From Octopus sinensis (taxonomy: Eukaryota), in NCBI RefSeq assembly GCF_006345805.1, contig NC_043015.1:50840001-50904000 (forward strand): a DNA stretch of 64,000 nucleotides, read 5' to 3'. How positions within the stretch are numbered: the stretch's first letter is position 1; the number at the start of each line of letters is the position of its first letter. Below are positions 1-13,359 of this stretch, piece by piece. The position numbers and the translations under genes were made by a program. The notes under the pieces are model-generated. The model saw only the letters and a program-made list of their open reading frames with translations, was not told the DNA's origin and did no database searches.

Positions 1-52
1 TGTACTACAGAGCCAGAGTCGGTTTCAGACGGGTTGGTAACGAAAGGGTTAA
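1..52 (-). mobile_element. End of a piggyBac-type (TTAA) MITE, truncated by the window edge
   Basis: Ends GGTAACGAAAGGGTTAA; it is the reverse complement of the 5' end of the element tripled at 22083-22819. Confidence 0.6.
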
Positions 53-599
53 TGTCAGTCGTCTATGCTGCCATGGGTTGGACAATCCAAGAGGACTGTA
101 ACTTAGCAATTCAGCAAAAGAGATCGACAGAATAAGTACTAGGCTTACAAAGAATAAGTCCTGGGATTGATTTGTTCGACTAAAGGTGATGCTCCAGCAT
201 AGCTGTAGTCAAATGACTGAAACAAGTAAAAGAATAAAAGAAAGAAAAGAACAAGATCACATTTACATAATACAAACCTTGTTAAGAATTAATTAGTTAA
301 CGAAGAAAAAATACGTTGTTCAGGTGCTATGATTAATTATCATCTGGTAGTCAAATTCATTATCTTCAGGAAGATTTTTTGAGTCATATGCTTCATTACA
401 TGGGTATTGATATTTTATGGTCCTTAATAGGCATTCTGCTTTTATTTTAGCAGTTTAAAGGCTTCGTATCAAACAACTATGGTGGTTAGCCAGCTTTTTA
501 TTGATATAGAGGTTGGGTACTAGCCATTTCTACAACAGTCACACATACAGATGTAATTGTTACATGCTCTCAGTTGTCTACAGTGGTTTATTTGCCCCA

Positions 600-1082
600 T
601 GGAGCATTTATTTAAAAAGCAAATATATATAAGGCACCATTCGAGTGTGATTGTTACCAGCATTGCCTTACTGGCACTTGTGCCCGTGCTAGTAGGGTGC
701 CAAGAGCACCATCCGAGCGTGATCATTGCCAGAGCGGCTAACTGGCTTCCATGTTGGTGGCACATAAAAGGGCTCCATTCGAGCGTGATCGATACCAGCG
801 TCGTCTTACTGGCACCTGTTCCAGTGGCACATGTAAAAAGATTTGAGTGAGGTCATTTCCAGTATCGCTTGACTGGCCCCCTTGCCTGTGGCACATAAAA
901 AGCACCCTCTACACTCTCGGAGTGGTTGGCATTAGGAAAGGCATCCAGCTGTAGAAACTCTGCCAGATCAAGATTGGAGCCTGGTGCAGCCATCTGGTTC
1001 GCCAGCCCTCAGCCAAAATCGTCCAACCCATGCTAGCATGGAAAGCGGACGTTAAACGATAATGATGATGATGATGATGATG
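600..1082 (+). mobile_element. RTE-family 3'UTR fragment (or RTE-tail SINE) with (GAT)n tail
   Basis: Matches the 3'UTR of the RTE copies at 26698-28928 and 51643-54620; ends AAGCGGACGTTAAACGAT(GAT)n. Confidence 0.75.
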
Positions 1083-1564
1083 ATTTATGTATATACACAT
1101 ATTAGCAATAATATACAGGATAGGAAAATTATAGGAATTTTTCTACCAGCAGCCTACCATGCAGAAAATAGTCAATAGACTATATATTATTCATATAAAT
1201 TTAGTGTACATATAAACACAAAAGAGGTGACCCTAACAGGAAACCTAACATGCTAGAAGGAGCAGTCAAAATCCAAATTACCCTAACCACTCCTTCTAGC
1301 ATGACTGTTCCTTCTAGCATGTTAGATGTCCTGTTAGGGTCACCTCTTTTGTGTTTAAATGTACACTAATTTTATATAAACACACATATACATTTAAGGG
1401 GCAATTTTTGTGTGTATACACACATTTTTTTTTCTGTAGTTCCAGCTCAGAGCTGCAGCCATGCTGATGCACCACCGTTAACATGTATAATTATATAGTC
1501 CCATATTCAGTTATAGTAGAAGACACTTGTCCACAGTCTGAACCCAGAACCATGTAGTTTGGAA

Positions 1565-2010
1565 GCATCATCATCATCATTGTTCGACCGTGGTCGAGAC
1601 AATGCAATTTACCATGCTACGCCAGACTTCACGGTCCATCATGGCATTACGGAGGTCCTGTTGCTGGATGCCTGTATCCCTGGAGATTACATCAGGGTAG
1701 GAGAGTGTGCGCCCTCTGGCATTGCGAGTAGATGGCTTCCAGAGGAGGAGAGTAGAAATTACCTCTTTTTCAGCTCTACAACAATGTCCAGCAAACTGGA
1801 CTCTTCCTACCTTTCACAAGAGATGACACAGGTGGTAGTTTCCCATATATTTGCATTTTGGTTGGATGGCGCTTCCACGAGAGATTTTGAGCTCTCATAA
1901 GGAGGCGAGTGTAGGTTCTATCCAACAGCCTCTCAAGCTTCTTTGATAAGTTTGGAAGCAAACGTCTTACCCTATGGCCACATCTGCACCTAAGCACAAC
2001 CATGCCTGTA
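1565..2010 (-). mobile_element. 5'-truncated RTE-like LINE, second family (RT C-terminus plus GAT tail)
   Basis: Minus strand reads EVISTLLLWKPSTRNARGRTLSYPDVISRDTGIQQQDLRNAMMDREVWRSMV, a typical non-LTR ORF2 C-terminus, followed by (GAT)n. Confidence 0.7.
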
Positions 2011-2590
2011 CCTCCATACTATCACACTCGCTTCTTTTCATTCAGATATTATTGACTCACCAAACATATCTGAGGCCAAGTTACACTAAATAGAAATCAG
2101 TTAATTATCATTAACAATATGAGTATGCTCATTTAGAAATTCAACCATATGAGACAAATTAGATTTTCAATAATGCTGGTTATTGTAAAGTCAGAAAGTT
2201 AAATGCGGTTTTATTGTATTTAAAACAACAAAGAAAACTTTTTCCTTTCTTAGTAATGTGACTGTCTTTGAATGAAATGTTTGTTTAACTATCAAGGCTT
2301 AAGTTTCCATTTTCTTTCTGTCATAGCAACAAGTCAAGCTGCTGTAATAGAAATGTTTACTCCTTGTAATGACCAGAGAATATTGATCAGTCATTGTTAC
2401 CTAGCTGTTGTATGACATAAAGATAGCTCAATCAACATTGATAAACTGTTAATGGGCAAACAATTAATAGGTTAATAGCTGCAATTCTAACACTTGCTTC
2501 ACAATCTGTCAATGATCAAGAGCAAAAGATTTATTTCATAAATTTGATGTTTACAATTGAGGCATGATTTAAATAAAAAAAAAAAGCATA

Positions 2591-2755
2591 GGCGTAGGAG
2601 TGGCTGTGTGGTAAGTAGCTTGCTTACGAACCACATGGTTCTGGGTTCAGTCCCACTGCATGGCACCTTGGGCAAGTGTCTTTTACTATAGCCTCAGGCC
2701 GACCAAAGCCTTGTCAGTGGATTTGGTAGATGGAAACTGAAAAAAGCCCATCATA

Positions 2756-2808
<53 letters not shown>

Positions 2809-3060
2809 ATATGTTTGTGTGTGTATATGTTTGTGTGTGTATATGTTTGTGTGTCTGTGTTTGTCCACCCAACATCGCTTGACAACCGATGCTGGTGTGT
2901 TTATGTCCCCGTAACTTAGCGGTTCGGCAAAAGAGCCCGATAGAATAAGTACTAGGCTTACAAAGAATAAGTCCTGGGGTCGATTTGCTCAACTAAAGGC
3001 GGTGCTCCAGCATGGCCACAGTCAATGACTGAAACAAATAAAAGAGTAAAAGAGTAAGAG
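2591..3060 (+). mobile_element. tRNA-derived SINE family A (bipartite, internal TA/TG microsatellite)
   Basis: A-box-like GTGGCTGTGTGG, B-box-like GGTTCAGTCCC, internal (TA)n(TG)n, 3' GTAAAAGAG repeats; many copies in the window. Confidence 0.8.
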
Positions 3061-3451
3061 AGCATGTTTCTGGTTAGGTTACTTGGCTCATGATTGTAAA
3101 GTCGTGAGTTCAATTCCTGGCAGGGTATTGTGTCCTTGAGCAAGACACTTCATTTCATGTTACTCCTCCAGTCCACTCAGCAGACAAAAATGCATTGTAC
3201 CTGTAACTCAAAAGGGTCAGCCTTGTCATACTCTGTGTCACATTTAATCTTCCTGAGAGCTACATTAAGGGTACACATGTCTGTGGAGTGCTCAGCCCCT
3301 TTTATGAGCAGGCTGTTCCACTGCTCAGATCAACTGGAACACTCATTGTTGTCACTGATAGAGTGCCACTTTTTCTTTTTCTTAAAGAAAAGCCATCTAT
3401 GTATCAATAATAAATCTCAGAGCGAGTTATAAACAGTAGCTACAACACATC

Positions 3452-3636
3452 GTGACGTATATTTGCCATGTAAATATGGCTAACCCCTAAGGGTGGATGC
3501 TACTGTAGTTTGTAGCCCCAGGAGGACACCTCCTCCAGTCTATAGCCAGCTGGAGGAGGTGTCCTCCTGGGGCTACAAACTACAGTAGCATCCACCCTTA
3601 GGGGTTAGCCATATTTACATGGCAAATATACGTCAC
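3452..3636. repeat. Perfect 87-bp inverted repeat with 11-nt loop
   Basis: 3452-3538 is the exact reverse complement of 3550-3636. Confidence 0.9.
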
Positions 3637-5937
3637 CATCTATGTATCATTCTTTATTTCATTATATTTGCCATAAAGGCAGTACATAGAGTAAAGTAGC
3701 TCTGTGGGCTGGACAAGGAATGATAATGAAAGAATGATAATGAAAGAAAGATGATAAGGATGGGAAAAGACGAAAAGTGCCTGCCGACTTTTGCTTCTCT
3801 AAAACATTGTTCTTTAAAACCAAACACAATACGAGGTATTAAAACCTCTTACAACTTTTACAACTTTTCAATTTTTGGACTTAACAGTCCATTATAAACA
3901 ACAACATAGTTCAATAATTACATATCATCATCATCATCATCATCGTTTAACATCCGCTTTCCATGCAAGCATGGGTTGGACGGTTCAACTGGGGTTTGGC
4001 AAGCCCGAAGGCTGCACCAGGCCAGTCAGATCTGGCAGTGTTTCTACAGCTGGATGCCCTTCCTAACGCCAACCACTCCGAGAGTGTAGTGGGTGATTTT
4101 ATGTGCCACCGACACAGATGCCAGACAAGGCTGGCAGACGGCCACGCTCGGATGGTGTTTTTTACGCTCAATATATATAAATACTATACACAAAGCCCCT
4201 CCTTCCAGACCAGGTTGTACGCTTCCCTTAGGCAATGCTCCAGCTCCAGGTCGGGGCTCCAGAAGGCATATCTAAACATGTCCTTTGAGAAGGTTTTCAT
4301 CATCCTGACCATAGCGACATCTGATATGACCTTCATAGTCACCTGTCCAGGACATGGGCTCATCCCTCCGGTCATCCAGCATCTCTACGTAGCTCTGTAT
4401 TACCCCTCCCTTCTGAAAGAAGATGACAAAATCATGTCTCCTGGGAGGGGCCGCTGTTTCCTCTGTCAGTGGCACACATCCCACCAACAAAGTTTCCGGG
4501 CATGCCGACAGTTCATCATCAACCGCTGGCGATGTCCCATTCTTTTTCTTTTCTCCTTTACGACAATAGGGTGGAGTTCCTCTTTTATGTCTGGAAGTCC
4601 TTACTTCCCTCCCACCGCCTCAGGATCCATCGGTGGGCAACCATTGTTGCCCAGCTTCTTTCTTCTTTTTCCTTTCTTTTTCCTTTCTTTTTCGAGGGGG
4701 TGGCAACTAGAGAGGATCACCTTGTAACTTGCATGCTAAGGGTCTAAAGTGCCCCCCTATAGTTGAGCCAGGAATGGGGGATTTATAAAAGAGAATGGCT
4801 AATGATTCTAGGTGAGGAGAAGGAATGAGGGAAGGTAGGAAGAGAGGATGTGGGTGTATGGCAGGTAGCAGGGGTGAAGAAAGAAATTAGTGATAGGGGT
4901 AACCGAGGAAAAGGAGGAACTAGCTTGAAAGGGCCATAAGGTGTGTTGTGCAACAGAGCATCTGGGGCTGCTATCCAACATTATAAGGGGTGAGTATGGA
5001 CAGAAGGTGTGTGAGAAAGGGGGACAAGAAAGAAGCAATAGCCTGGGGTGGGAAGGGATTCTGAGAGAATCATTGAAAGGGAGAGAGGCGAAGGGGGCTT
5101 CATGAAGGGGAAAGATGAGAAGGGGTGTTGAAGGTGCAGAGAAGCTGTAGAAGAGAGGGTGAGTGTTGACGAGAGGTTGGAAGGTGTCACAGACATAGGA
5201 GGAAAGGAGGAAGAGCAGAGTGTGAATGTTGCAAGAGAATCTAAGGTGGGGAGGTACTGGAACTGATAGAGAGAGAGAGGGGGAGGGAAAGAGAGAGGAG
5301 AGAGGGGAAGGGGAAGAGGGAAAGATAGAAGAGTGAGAGTGAGAGAGGGGGAAGAAGGAGGAAGAGAGATGAAAAGAGAGAGGTGGGGAGAAAGAAGAAT
5401 GAATGAGAATCAAAGTTGAATCCTAACAAGATTCCAGTTAAGAATCTAAATGAATATAATAAAAATTTTGCAAAGAATTTAAATCTAGCATCGAACCATT
5501 TCAAAATATTTGGTTTATTTATTTATCTATTTATTTATTTATTTGTTTATTTATTTTTCTTTTTGCTTCAGAGAAATAATGTTAGGTTTTTTTATTTATG
5601 AGATGAATTCACATGTGTTGTTTTTAAGTTGTTTTGCCAAAATTTTGATGTAAAACTGCCTGTTGAAAGCAATATTGTAACTTGAGAGGGTCACATTGCC
5701 AATAAACACACACACACACACATACACACTTGTAATTCACTTCATGGAAATTTTTTAAATCACTGAAAATGTCATAACTGTATGATGAAAATATTTATGA
5801 TTGATTAATTAATTATTGAAGTAAAACTGTGTATTCATTAACAGTATTATGACTCTAATGAAGTATCAAACTGCGACAGTAATTTATGTCATTATTTATT
5901 TTGAAACAAATTTTCTTTTATCAGCCTAGAAACAACA

Positions 5938-5989
5938 ATGTCCTCAGTACTTTTAAAGTGGATTTTGATGTGCATATTTTGGAGCCCAG
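5938..5989 (+). CDS. PLAT-domain membrane protein, coding exon 1 (signal peptide MSSVLLKWILMCIFWSP)
   Basis: Acceptor ttttatcag at 5924, ATG at 5938, donor CAG|gtaaaa at 5990; the phase-1 junction joins exon 2 in frame and completes a hydrophobic signal peptide. Confidence 0.8.
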
Positions 5990-6396
5990 GTAAAATAAGT
6001 TTTTTTTTAAAATTTTATTTTGTATTTAAATTTTATTTTGTATTTTAAAAAAAAGAAAACAAATTTCCCTCTGTATGTATGTATGTATGTATGTATGTAT
6101 GTATGTATGCATGTACGCATGTAGGGAGAATTCACAAAAAAACAAAATGCGAAGACAGGTGGTATAGACAACAAACAGATGTATTAGTATAATGCTCATG
6201 AAGTGAAAAAGTCTTTAACATTTCGAGCCTATGCTCTTCCACAGAAAGGAACAAGGAGAGAAAATAAAGAATGTTACGGGAATGTAAACACAACAGCATT
6301 GGTTGTCAAGCGATGGTGGGGGGACAAACACAGACACACATACACACACATATATGTGTACATACATACATACATACATATATATATATATATGGT

Positions 6397-6645
6397 GGAG
6401 GTGCGTGGCTTAGTGGTTAGGGTGTCAGCATCATGATCATAAGATTGTGGTTTCGATTCCTGGACTGGCCAACACGTTGTGTTCTTCAGCAAAACACTTC
6501 ATTTCACGTTGCTCCAGTCCACTCAGCTGGCAAAAATGAGTAATGCTGCGATGGACTGGCGTCCCGTCCAGCTGGGGAACACATATGCCATAGAAACCGG
6601 GAAACCGGGCCCATGAGCCTGGCTAGGCTTTAAAAGGGCGCATTT
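6397..6645 (+). mobile_element. tRNA-derived SINE with V-SINE-like central domain
   Basis: A box TGGCTTAGTGG, B box GGTTTCGATTCC, central GCGATGGACTGGCGTCCCGTCCAG resembling the V-domain; (TTA)n tail. Confidence 0.6.
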
Positions 6646-7499
6646 ATTATTATTATTATCATAATATATATATATATATATATATATATACATGACAGGC
6701 TTCTTTCAGTTTCCATCTACCAAATCCACTCACAAGGCTTTGGTCAGCCTGAGGCTGTAGTAGAAGACACTTGCCCAAGGTGACATGCTGTGGGACTGAA
6801 CCCAGAGCCATGTGGTTGGGAAGCAAGCTTCTTACCACACAGCCACATGCGTTTATTTATATTTGTGATGCATGCAAGTTGCATGTGATGGCAGTTGTGG
6901 TGTCACTTTTCCTTCCAGCAAATTTCCTGCTCTCTTCATGGTATCAAAGACATGTGGAGTATGAGATACCTTACTTGAAAACCTGGTAAGAATTAGCAAC
7001 AGGGTGAGCATCTGACTGTGTAATGATGCCTCAGTAATATAGTCATCTAACCCATGCCAGCATGGAAAAATGAATGTAAAACAAAATGAACGAACATATA
7101 TATATATATATATGTGTGTGCATATGTATTTGTGAGCATGAGTGTGTATGTGTGTACATGAGCATGTATGTTTGTGCGTGTGTTCATGTGTTCATGTGTG
7201 TGTTTGTAGTTGTGTGTATGTGCGTGTGTTTGTGAATGTATGTGTGTTTGTGTAGGTGTGCTGTGTGTTTGCGTGTGTGGTATGTGTGTACACGTGTGTA
7301 TGTGTGTGTTTGTGTGTGTGAGTGCGGTGTGTGTTTGTAGGTGTGGTGTATATGTGCGCACATGTGTATGTGTGTGTTTGTGTGTGTGAGTGCGGTGTGT
7401 GTTTGTAGGTGTGGTGTATATGTGCGCACATGTGTATGTGTGTGTTTGTGTGTGTGAGTGTGCATGTGTGTTTATGTATGTGTGGTGTGTGTTTGTGTG

Positions 7500-7542
<43 letters not shown>

Positions 7543-7638
7543 TGTGTGTGTGTGTGTGTGTTTGTGTGTCTGTGTTTGTGTGTCTGTGTTTGTGTGTATA
7601 TCAAGGAATTAAGTTTTTTTTCACATTTTATTTCACAG

Positions 7639-7886
7639 TGTTGTCTACAATGAAATGGCGTCTTGAAGTACGCACAGGTACTCTAGATCATTCCAAGACA
7701 GACGGAAATGTATATTTCCAGTTAGTAGGAGATGTTCAAAGATCACAAGAATTTAACTTAGATGGGCCTGGTAACGATTTTGAACAAGGGGCAGTTAATG
7801 TTTTTCAACTTCAAACTCCATATCTTGGACAACTGCGATCTGTGAAAGTATCCTATTGGTCTTCAGATGGTTGGTACTTGGTAAAG
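7639..7886 (+). CDS. PLAT-domain membrane protein, exon 2 (PLAT/LH2 N-terminal part)
   Basis: tttcacag acceptor, AAG|gttagg donor; KWRLEVRTGTLDHSKTDGNVYFQLVG..DFEQGAVNVF..LGQLRSVKV..DGWYLVK carries the PLAT signature motifs. Confidence 0.9.
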
Positions 7887-8230
7887 GTTAGGATTAATCT
7901 TTTTCATCATTTTATTCCTTTATAGGTCCTGGCCTGTCGTTGCGGAGTTGTCTGCAGGCGGCAGGTCAATTAATTCTGGGGACCTGACAAAGAGAATTAT
8001 AAGGAAATTATTTGCTGTAGGAATTTTTGTTGTAAAATTTTTGTTGTAAAAGTTTTTGTAAAGAATTTTTATTATAAAGAAACTTTGTATTCGAGGGGTT
8101 ATTGGTCGGCAGGCGCCAGTGACCCTCCCATTTTCGTTCATCCTTATCATCGCCACCGCATTAATGTTTTTTGTCCAGCCCGCAGCTACTCATCTGTGTA
8201 CTGCCCTAGTGGCAAATTTATTGAAATAAA

Positions 8231-8625
8231 GTAGCTTGTTTACCAACCACATGGTTCCGGGTTCAGTCCCACTGCGTGGCACCTTGGGCAAGTGTCTTCT
8301 AGTATAGCCTCGGGCCGACCAAAGCCTTGTGACTGAATTTGATAGACGGAAACTGAAAGAAGCCCGTTGTATATATGTATATATATATATATATGCGTGT
8401 GTGTGTTTGTGTGTCTGTGTTTGTCCCCCTAGCATTGCTTGACAACCGATGCTGGTGTGTTTATGTCCCCGTTACTTAGCGGTTCGGCAAAAGAGACCGA
8501 CAGAATAAGTACTGGGCTTACAAAAGAATAAGTCCCGGGGTCGAGTTGCTCGATTAAAGGCGGTGCTCCAGCATGGCCGCAGTCAAATGACTGAAACAAG
8601 TAAAAGAGTAAAGAGTAAAGAGTAT
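8231..8625 (+). mobile_element. SINE family A copy
   Basis: Near-identical to 2591-3060 and 20451-20872. Confidence 0.8.
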
Positions 8626-8860
8626 TCCATTACTTGTTTCACTCGTTTGACTGTGGCCATGCTGGAACACAACCTTAAGGAGTTTTAGCTGAAGAAATCA
8701 AGCCCCCTCTCACTGGCACTTATTCTTTGTAAGCCTAGTACTTATGCTATCGGTCTCTTTTTGCCAAACTGCTAAGTTACGGGGACGTAAGCACACCAAC
8801 ATCAATTGTCAAGCGATGGTGGAGGGGACAAACAGAGACACAAAGAACACTCACATAGAT

Positions 8861-8892
<32 letters not shown>

Positions 8893-9423
8893 GACAGGTT
8901 TCTTTCAATTTCCGTCTACCAAATCCACTCACAAGGCTTTGGTTGGCCCAAGGCTATAGTAGAAGACAGTGGCCCAAGGTGCCATGCCGTGGGACTGAAC
9001 CCAGAACCATGTGATTGGGAAGCAAGTGCCTATGTTTTCTATTTTATTCATTTTACTTATTGGTTTTAGTGATGTTCTAAACTATTGGAATTCATCATCA
9101 TCATCATTATCGTTTAACGTCCGTTTTCCATGCTGGCATGGGTTGGATGGTTCAACTGGGGTCTGGGAAGCCAGAAGGCTGCGCCAGGCCCAGTCTGATC
9201 TGGCAGTGTTTCTACAGCTGGATGCCCTTCCTAACGCCAACCAGTCCGTGAGTGTAGTGGGTGCTTTTTACGTGCCACCTGCACAGGTGCCAGATGAGGC
9301 TGGCAAACGGCCACAATCGGATGGTGCTATTAGTGAAAAACATCCAAAATTGGTTCTGTTGTTATTTGGCAAATTTTTGTCCATTGAAACTTGTATGGCA
9401 AAACTGAAAGTAACTGTAAATGT

Positions 9424-9795
9424 GGCACTCAGTCGGTTATGACAACGAGGGTTCCGGTTGATCCGATCAACAGAACAGCATACTCGTGAAATTAACGTGT
9501 AAGTGGTTGAGCACTCCACAGTCACGTGTACCCTTAACATAGTTCTCAGGGAGATTCAGCATGACACAGAATGTGACAAGGTTGACCCTTTGAAATACAG
9601 GTACAAGAGAAACAGGAAGAAAGAGTGAGAGAAAGTTGTGGTGAAAGAATACAGCAGGATTCACCACCAGCCCCTGCTGGAGCCTTGTGGAGCTTTTAGG
9701 TGTTTTTGCTCAATAAACATTCACAATGTCCGGTCTTGGAATCAAAACTGTGATCCTACAACCGCAAATCCACTGCCCTAATCACTGGGCCATTC
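9424..9795 (-). mobile_element. tRNA-derived SINE family B
   Basis: Reverse complement of the 38271-38648 element. Confidence 0.75.
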
Positions 9796-10248
9796 TAATC
9801 AAGACCATCTCTGATTCTATTAAAAATTTCCAGTGGGTCATATGCAGGTTATGACTATTGACCAAGGCCTTTGGTGATATGTTGTACTTGAGGAGACATG
9901 TCAAGCCAAGTGAAATTGTAGTCATGACCGATGCTGGTGTCACGTAACTGACGCCTTACTGGTGGCACAAAAAAAGCACCATTCATGTGCTGGGCCTCAT
10001 GGAGGCAATGTGGCTAATACCAGTGTCATGCAACTGGCACCTGTGCCGGTGGCACATAAAAGCACCTGTTACACTCCTAGAATGGTTAAAATTAGGAAGG
10101 GCAGCCAGCTGTAGAATCCATGCCAAATCAGACTGGAGCTTGGTGCAGCGCCTCAGCTTGCGAGCCTTGGTTAAAGCATCCAACCCATGCTAGCATGGAC
10201 AACAGACGTTAAATGATGATGATGATGGTGATAACAATCCATTTCATC

Positions 10249-10746
10249 TACCTTAAATCCTTGAGTATAATCCGCACTCTTTTTTCCAAAATTTAATGGT
10301 CAAAATATAGTGCGGACTATATACGAGGTTAAAAATGAAAAATATTTTCTAAGCAATGTCCGAGACTCTATTTGCTGTCCGGCAATGTTTATTCAGATGC
10401 ATTTTGTGATGTCGGGTGAGAAAATACCTTAAGCTAAGCCTGAAAGCAATGAAGTCATAAAAGGATCATCCATAACTTGCAGTAAACAACATTTGTTAAG
10501 TGTTATTACTGTTATTTCTTTATTTTCTGCAAACAAAATGCACAAAAACGCTACACGTTTGCATTATGATATATATACAATAATAATAAAGGACGTTACC
10601 GTATACATTTTTACAAACCAAGGACGTTATATAGACCTCCTTGACTGAAGTTAGAGAAGGGGTACGTATTATACGCAAGGTTTAGGTTTTTCAGAGGTAC
10701 AGCCCCCTAAAAATCCCCTGCATATTATACTCAAGGATTTACAGTA
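10249..10746. mobile_element. Tigger/pogo-like MITE with TA target duplication
   Basis: Terminal inverted repeats TACCTTAAATCCTTGAGTATAA / TTATACTCAAGGATTTACAGTA. Confidence 0.6.
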
Positions 10747-12055
10747 TCTACAATTCTTGGAAAAGTCATAAGGACAGAGTCCTCAAGTATCCCCTTGAAA
10801 GGGTCCTATCAGAAGCAACCATCATTAGTAACCACCTGCACCTACAGATATTATCCAATAATCTTATTCTCGGTTTACTCCTAGGTTTCCCATTGGTTGG
10901 CTTTACTTGAAGAATCCGTCTTGCGATTCTTTGCTGCAAAATTCTTTGCTGCCTAAGTACCAATCTTGAGAAATTAGGCTCCTCAAAACCAGAATGGAGA
11001 AAACTGATTCAAAGACTACAGATCCAAGCCATCACTGGAACTGTAAAAATCTGTAAAACTTTCCAAAAGTTTATCATTTAAGTATATATGAGCATGCCTA
11101 GACATGCAACTATATGCATGAGAATACACACATAAAACAAAACATACAAATCTGCATACATACATACATACATACATACATACATACATACATACATGCA
11201 TGCATGCATGCATACATACATACATACATACATACATGCATGCATGCATGCATACATACATACATATATACAAAATTTCTTTGTTAATGTTTTTCAAATT
11301 TCAATGAAGGAGCCTTGGATCTAGAATAGGAACCGGCTAAGACCTGTTGAGGCAAGTAAAATCAAAATCAAATCAAATTCGCAAATTTGATGACTGGCAC
11401 CCATGCCAGTGGAGTGCTAACAGTTCCATCTGAGCATGATCGCTGCCAGAGCAGCTGAGTGGCTTCTGTGCTGGTAGCATGTAAAAAGCACCATTCAAAT
11501 GTGATTGTTAACAGCGTCACCTTACTGGCACTTGTGGCGGTGGCACGTGAAAAACATTCAAGCAAAGTCATTGCCAGTGCCGCTGGACTGGCTCCTGTGC
11601 AGGTGGCATGTAAAAAACACCACTTGAGCATGGCTGTTGCCAGTACCGCCTGACTGGCCCTCATGCCGGTGGCATGTAAAAGCATTCACTACACTCTCGG
11701 AGTGGTTGGCGTAAGGAAGGGCATCCAGCTGTAGAAACTCTGCCAGATCAGATCGGAGTCAGGTGCAGCCGTTTGGTTCACCAGACCTCAGTCAAATCAT
11801 CCAACCCATGCTAGCATGGAAAGTGGACGTTAAACAATGATAATGATGATGATGATGATGATGAATGCATACATACATGCATACATACATATATACATAC
11901 ATACATACATACATACATGCATGCATACATACATTCATACATACATACATACATACATACATACCATTTTGTAAAATTAATAGATATATTTAATTTCACA
12001 AATATTATGCAGACGAAAGAGAAAGTGTTTTATTTGTGTCTGTCTTTCATTTTAG

Positions 12056-12143
12056 ATGATTCTTAAAAATCTGATTACAAACGGAACATGTACATTTGAG
12101 TATAATGGTTGGTTTACTCAGACCTTTTCTTGGAGTGCAATCA
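12056..12143 (+). CDS. PLAT-domain membrane protein, exon 3 (PLAT C-terminal strands)
   Basis: tctttcattttag acceptor, ATCA|gtaagt donor; phase 0 in, phase 1 out; MILKNLITNGTCTFEYNGWFTQTFSWSAI completes the PLAT domain (F-x-x-x-x-W motif). Confidence 0.85.
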
Positions 12144-12593
12144 GTAAGTTTTTCATTATGTCCTAATGAGATTTCATCTATGAACCATTTTGCTATTGAC
12201 CCATCTCTGCTTTTGTGATATTAAATCTACCTGCTTTTAATGCTTCATATTTAAATTCAAACATTATATCAATGTTTTTTTTAAGAACAATTTGTTATGT
12301 TTGAGTACCAGTTAAACTTTAAATCACCTAAATTATCAATATGCTGAAAAAATATTGACTGGAAATTTTAAAATCTTTATTGCATGTAAGAAAAACGAAA
12401 ATATTAAATGTGCATTTTCTATGCACCTTCTTAATTACTCTTTGATCTAAAATACAAACTTCCAATCACACCTAAATTAATCTAGAAGTGAATGTGTCCC
12501 CTACGATAGCTGGCCATCAGGGCCCATCACATGTAAAGCCAGATGAAATGACAGAAAGAATTTTGCTCAACATGCTAATGGTGCTGCCCTCTG

Positions 12594-13016
12594 TTACTCT
12601 GTTACTCTTTTACTTGTTTCAGTCATTTGACTGTGGCCATGCTGGAGCACCGCCTTTAGTCGAGCACATCGACCCCAGGGCTTATTCTATGTAAGCCTAG
12701 TACTTATTCTATCGATCTCTTTTGCTGAACCGCTAAGTTACGGGGACGTAAACACACCAGCATCGGTTGTCAAGTGATGTTGGGGGGATAAACAGACACA
12801 CAAACACACACAAGCATACACACACACATGCACACATATATATACATATATACGATGGGCTTCTTTCAATTTCCGCCTACCAAATCCACTCACAAGGCTT
12901 TGGTCAGCCTCGAGGCTATAGTAGAAGACACTTTCCCAAGGTGCCATGCAGTGGGACTGAACCTGGAACCATGTGGTCGGTAAGCAAGCTACTTACCACA
13001 CAGCCACTTCTACGCC
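12594..13016 (-). mobile_element. SINE family A copy
   Basis: Reverse complement of family A, with both halves present. Confidence 0.8.
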
Positions 13017-13359
13017 TGTTATTCATTATATTCACATCCAACCTTATCCATTCTCCATATTCTTGTAACATCCACCCAACCACTCAACCACTCTACACCA
13101 CACACTTGGTTCATCTGTCCCCACTCACTTTTACTCACCTTGTATCATGAGGGTCCACCCAAACACCCCATCACTACTATTTTTCCCTTGCACCTTACCC
13201 CCAACAAACCAAACTACATCTCTTCTCTTCCTCACATTTCCTCTTTTTCTTACCCTGCACTTATGCTTATCACTTGCTCCCTAATCCTGTCCCCATTGCC
13301 CTGCACACTGTATCATTGCTACCCTGTGTCCCGCATCCCTCTATATACTTATTGTCGGT

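Noticed and set aside
4150-4720. ORF 3963-4727 (254 aa) and overlapping minus-strand ORFs
   Set aside because: Chimera of an RTE tail and an unidentified degenerate repeat; no supportable domain
7047-7620. Long poly-HT / poly-CV ORFs (also 35095-35721, 38014-38373, 62134-62628)
   Set aside because: Translations of (CA)n, (TG)n and (TA)n microsatellites; only the 3' part of ORF 7458-7925 is a real exon
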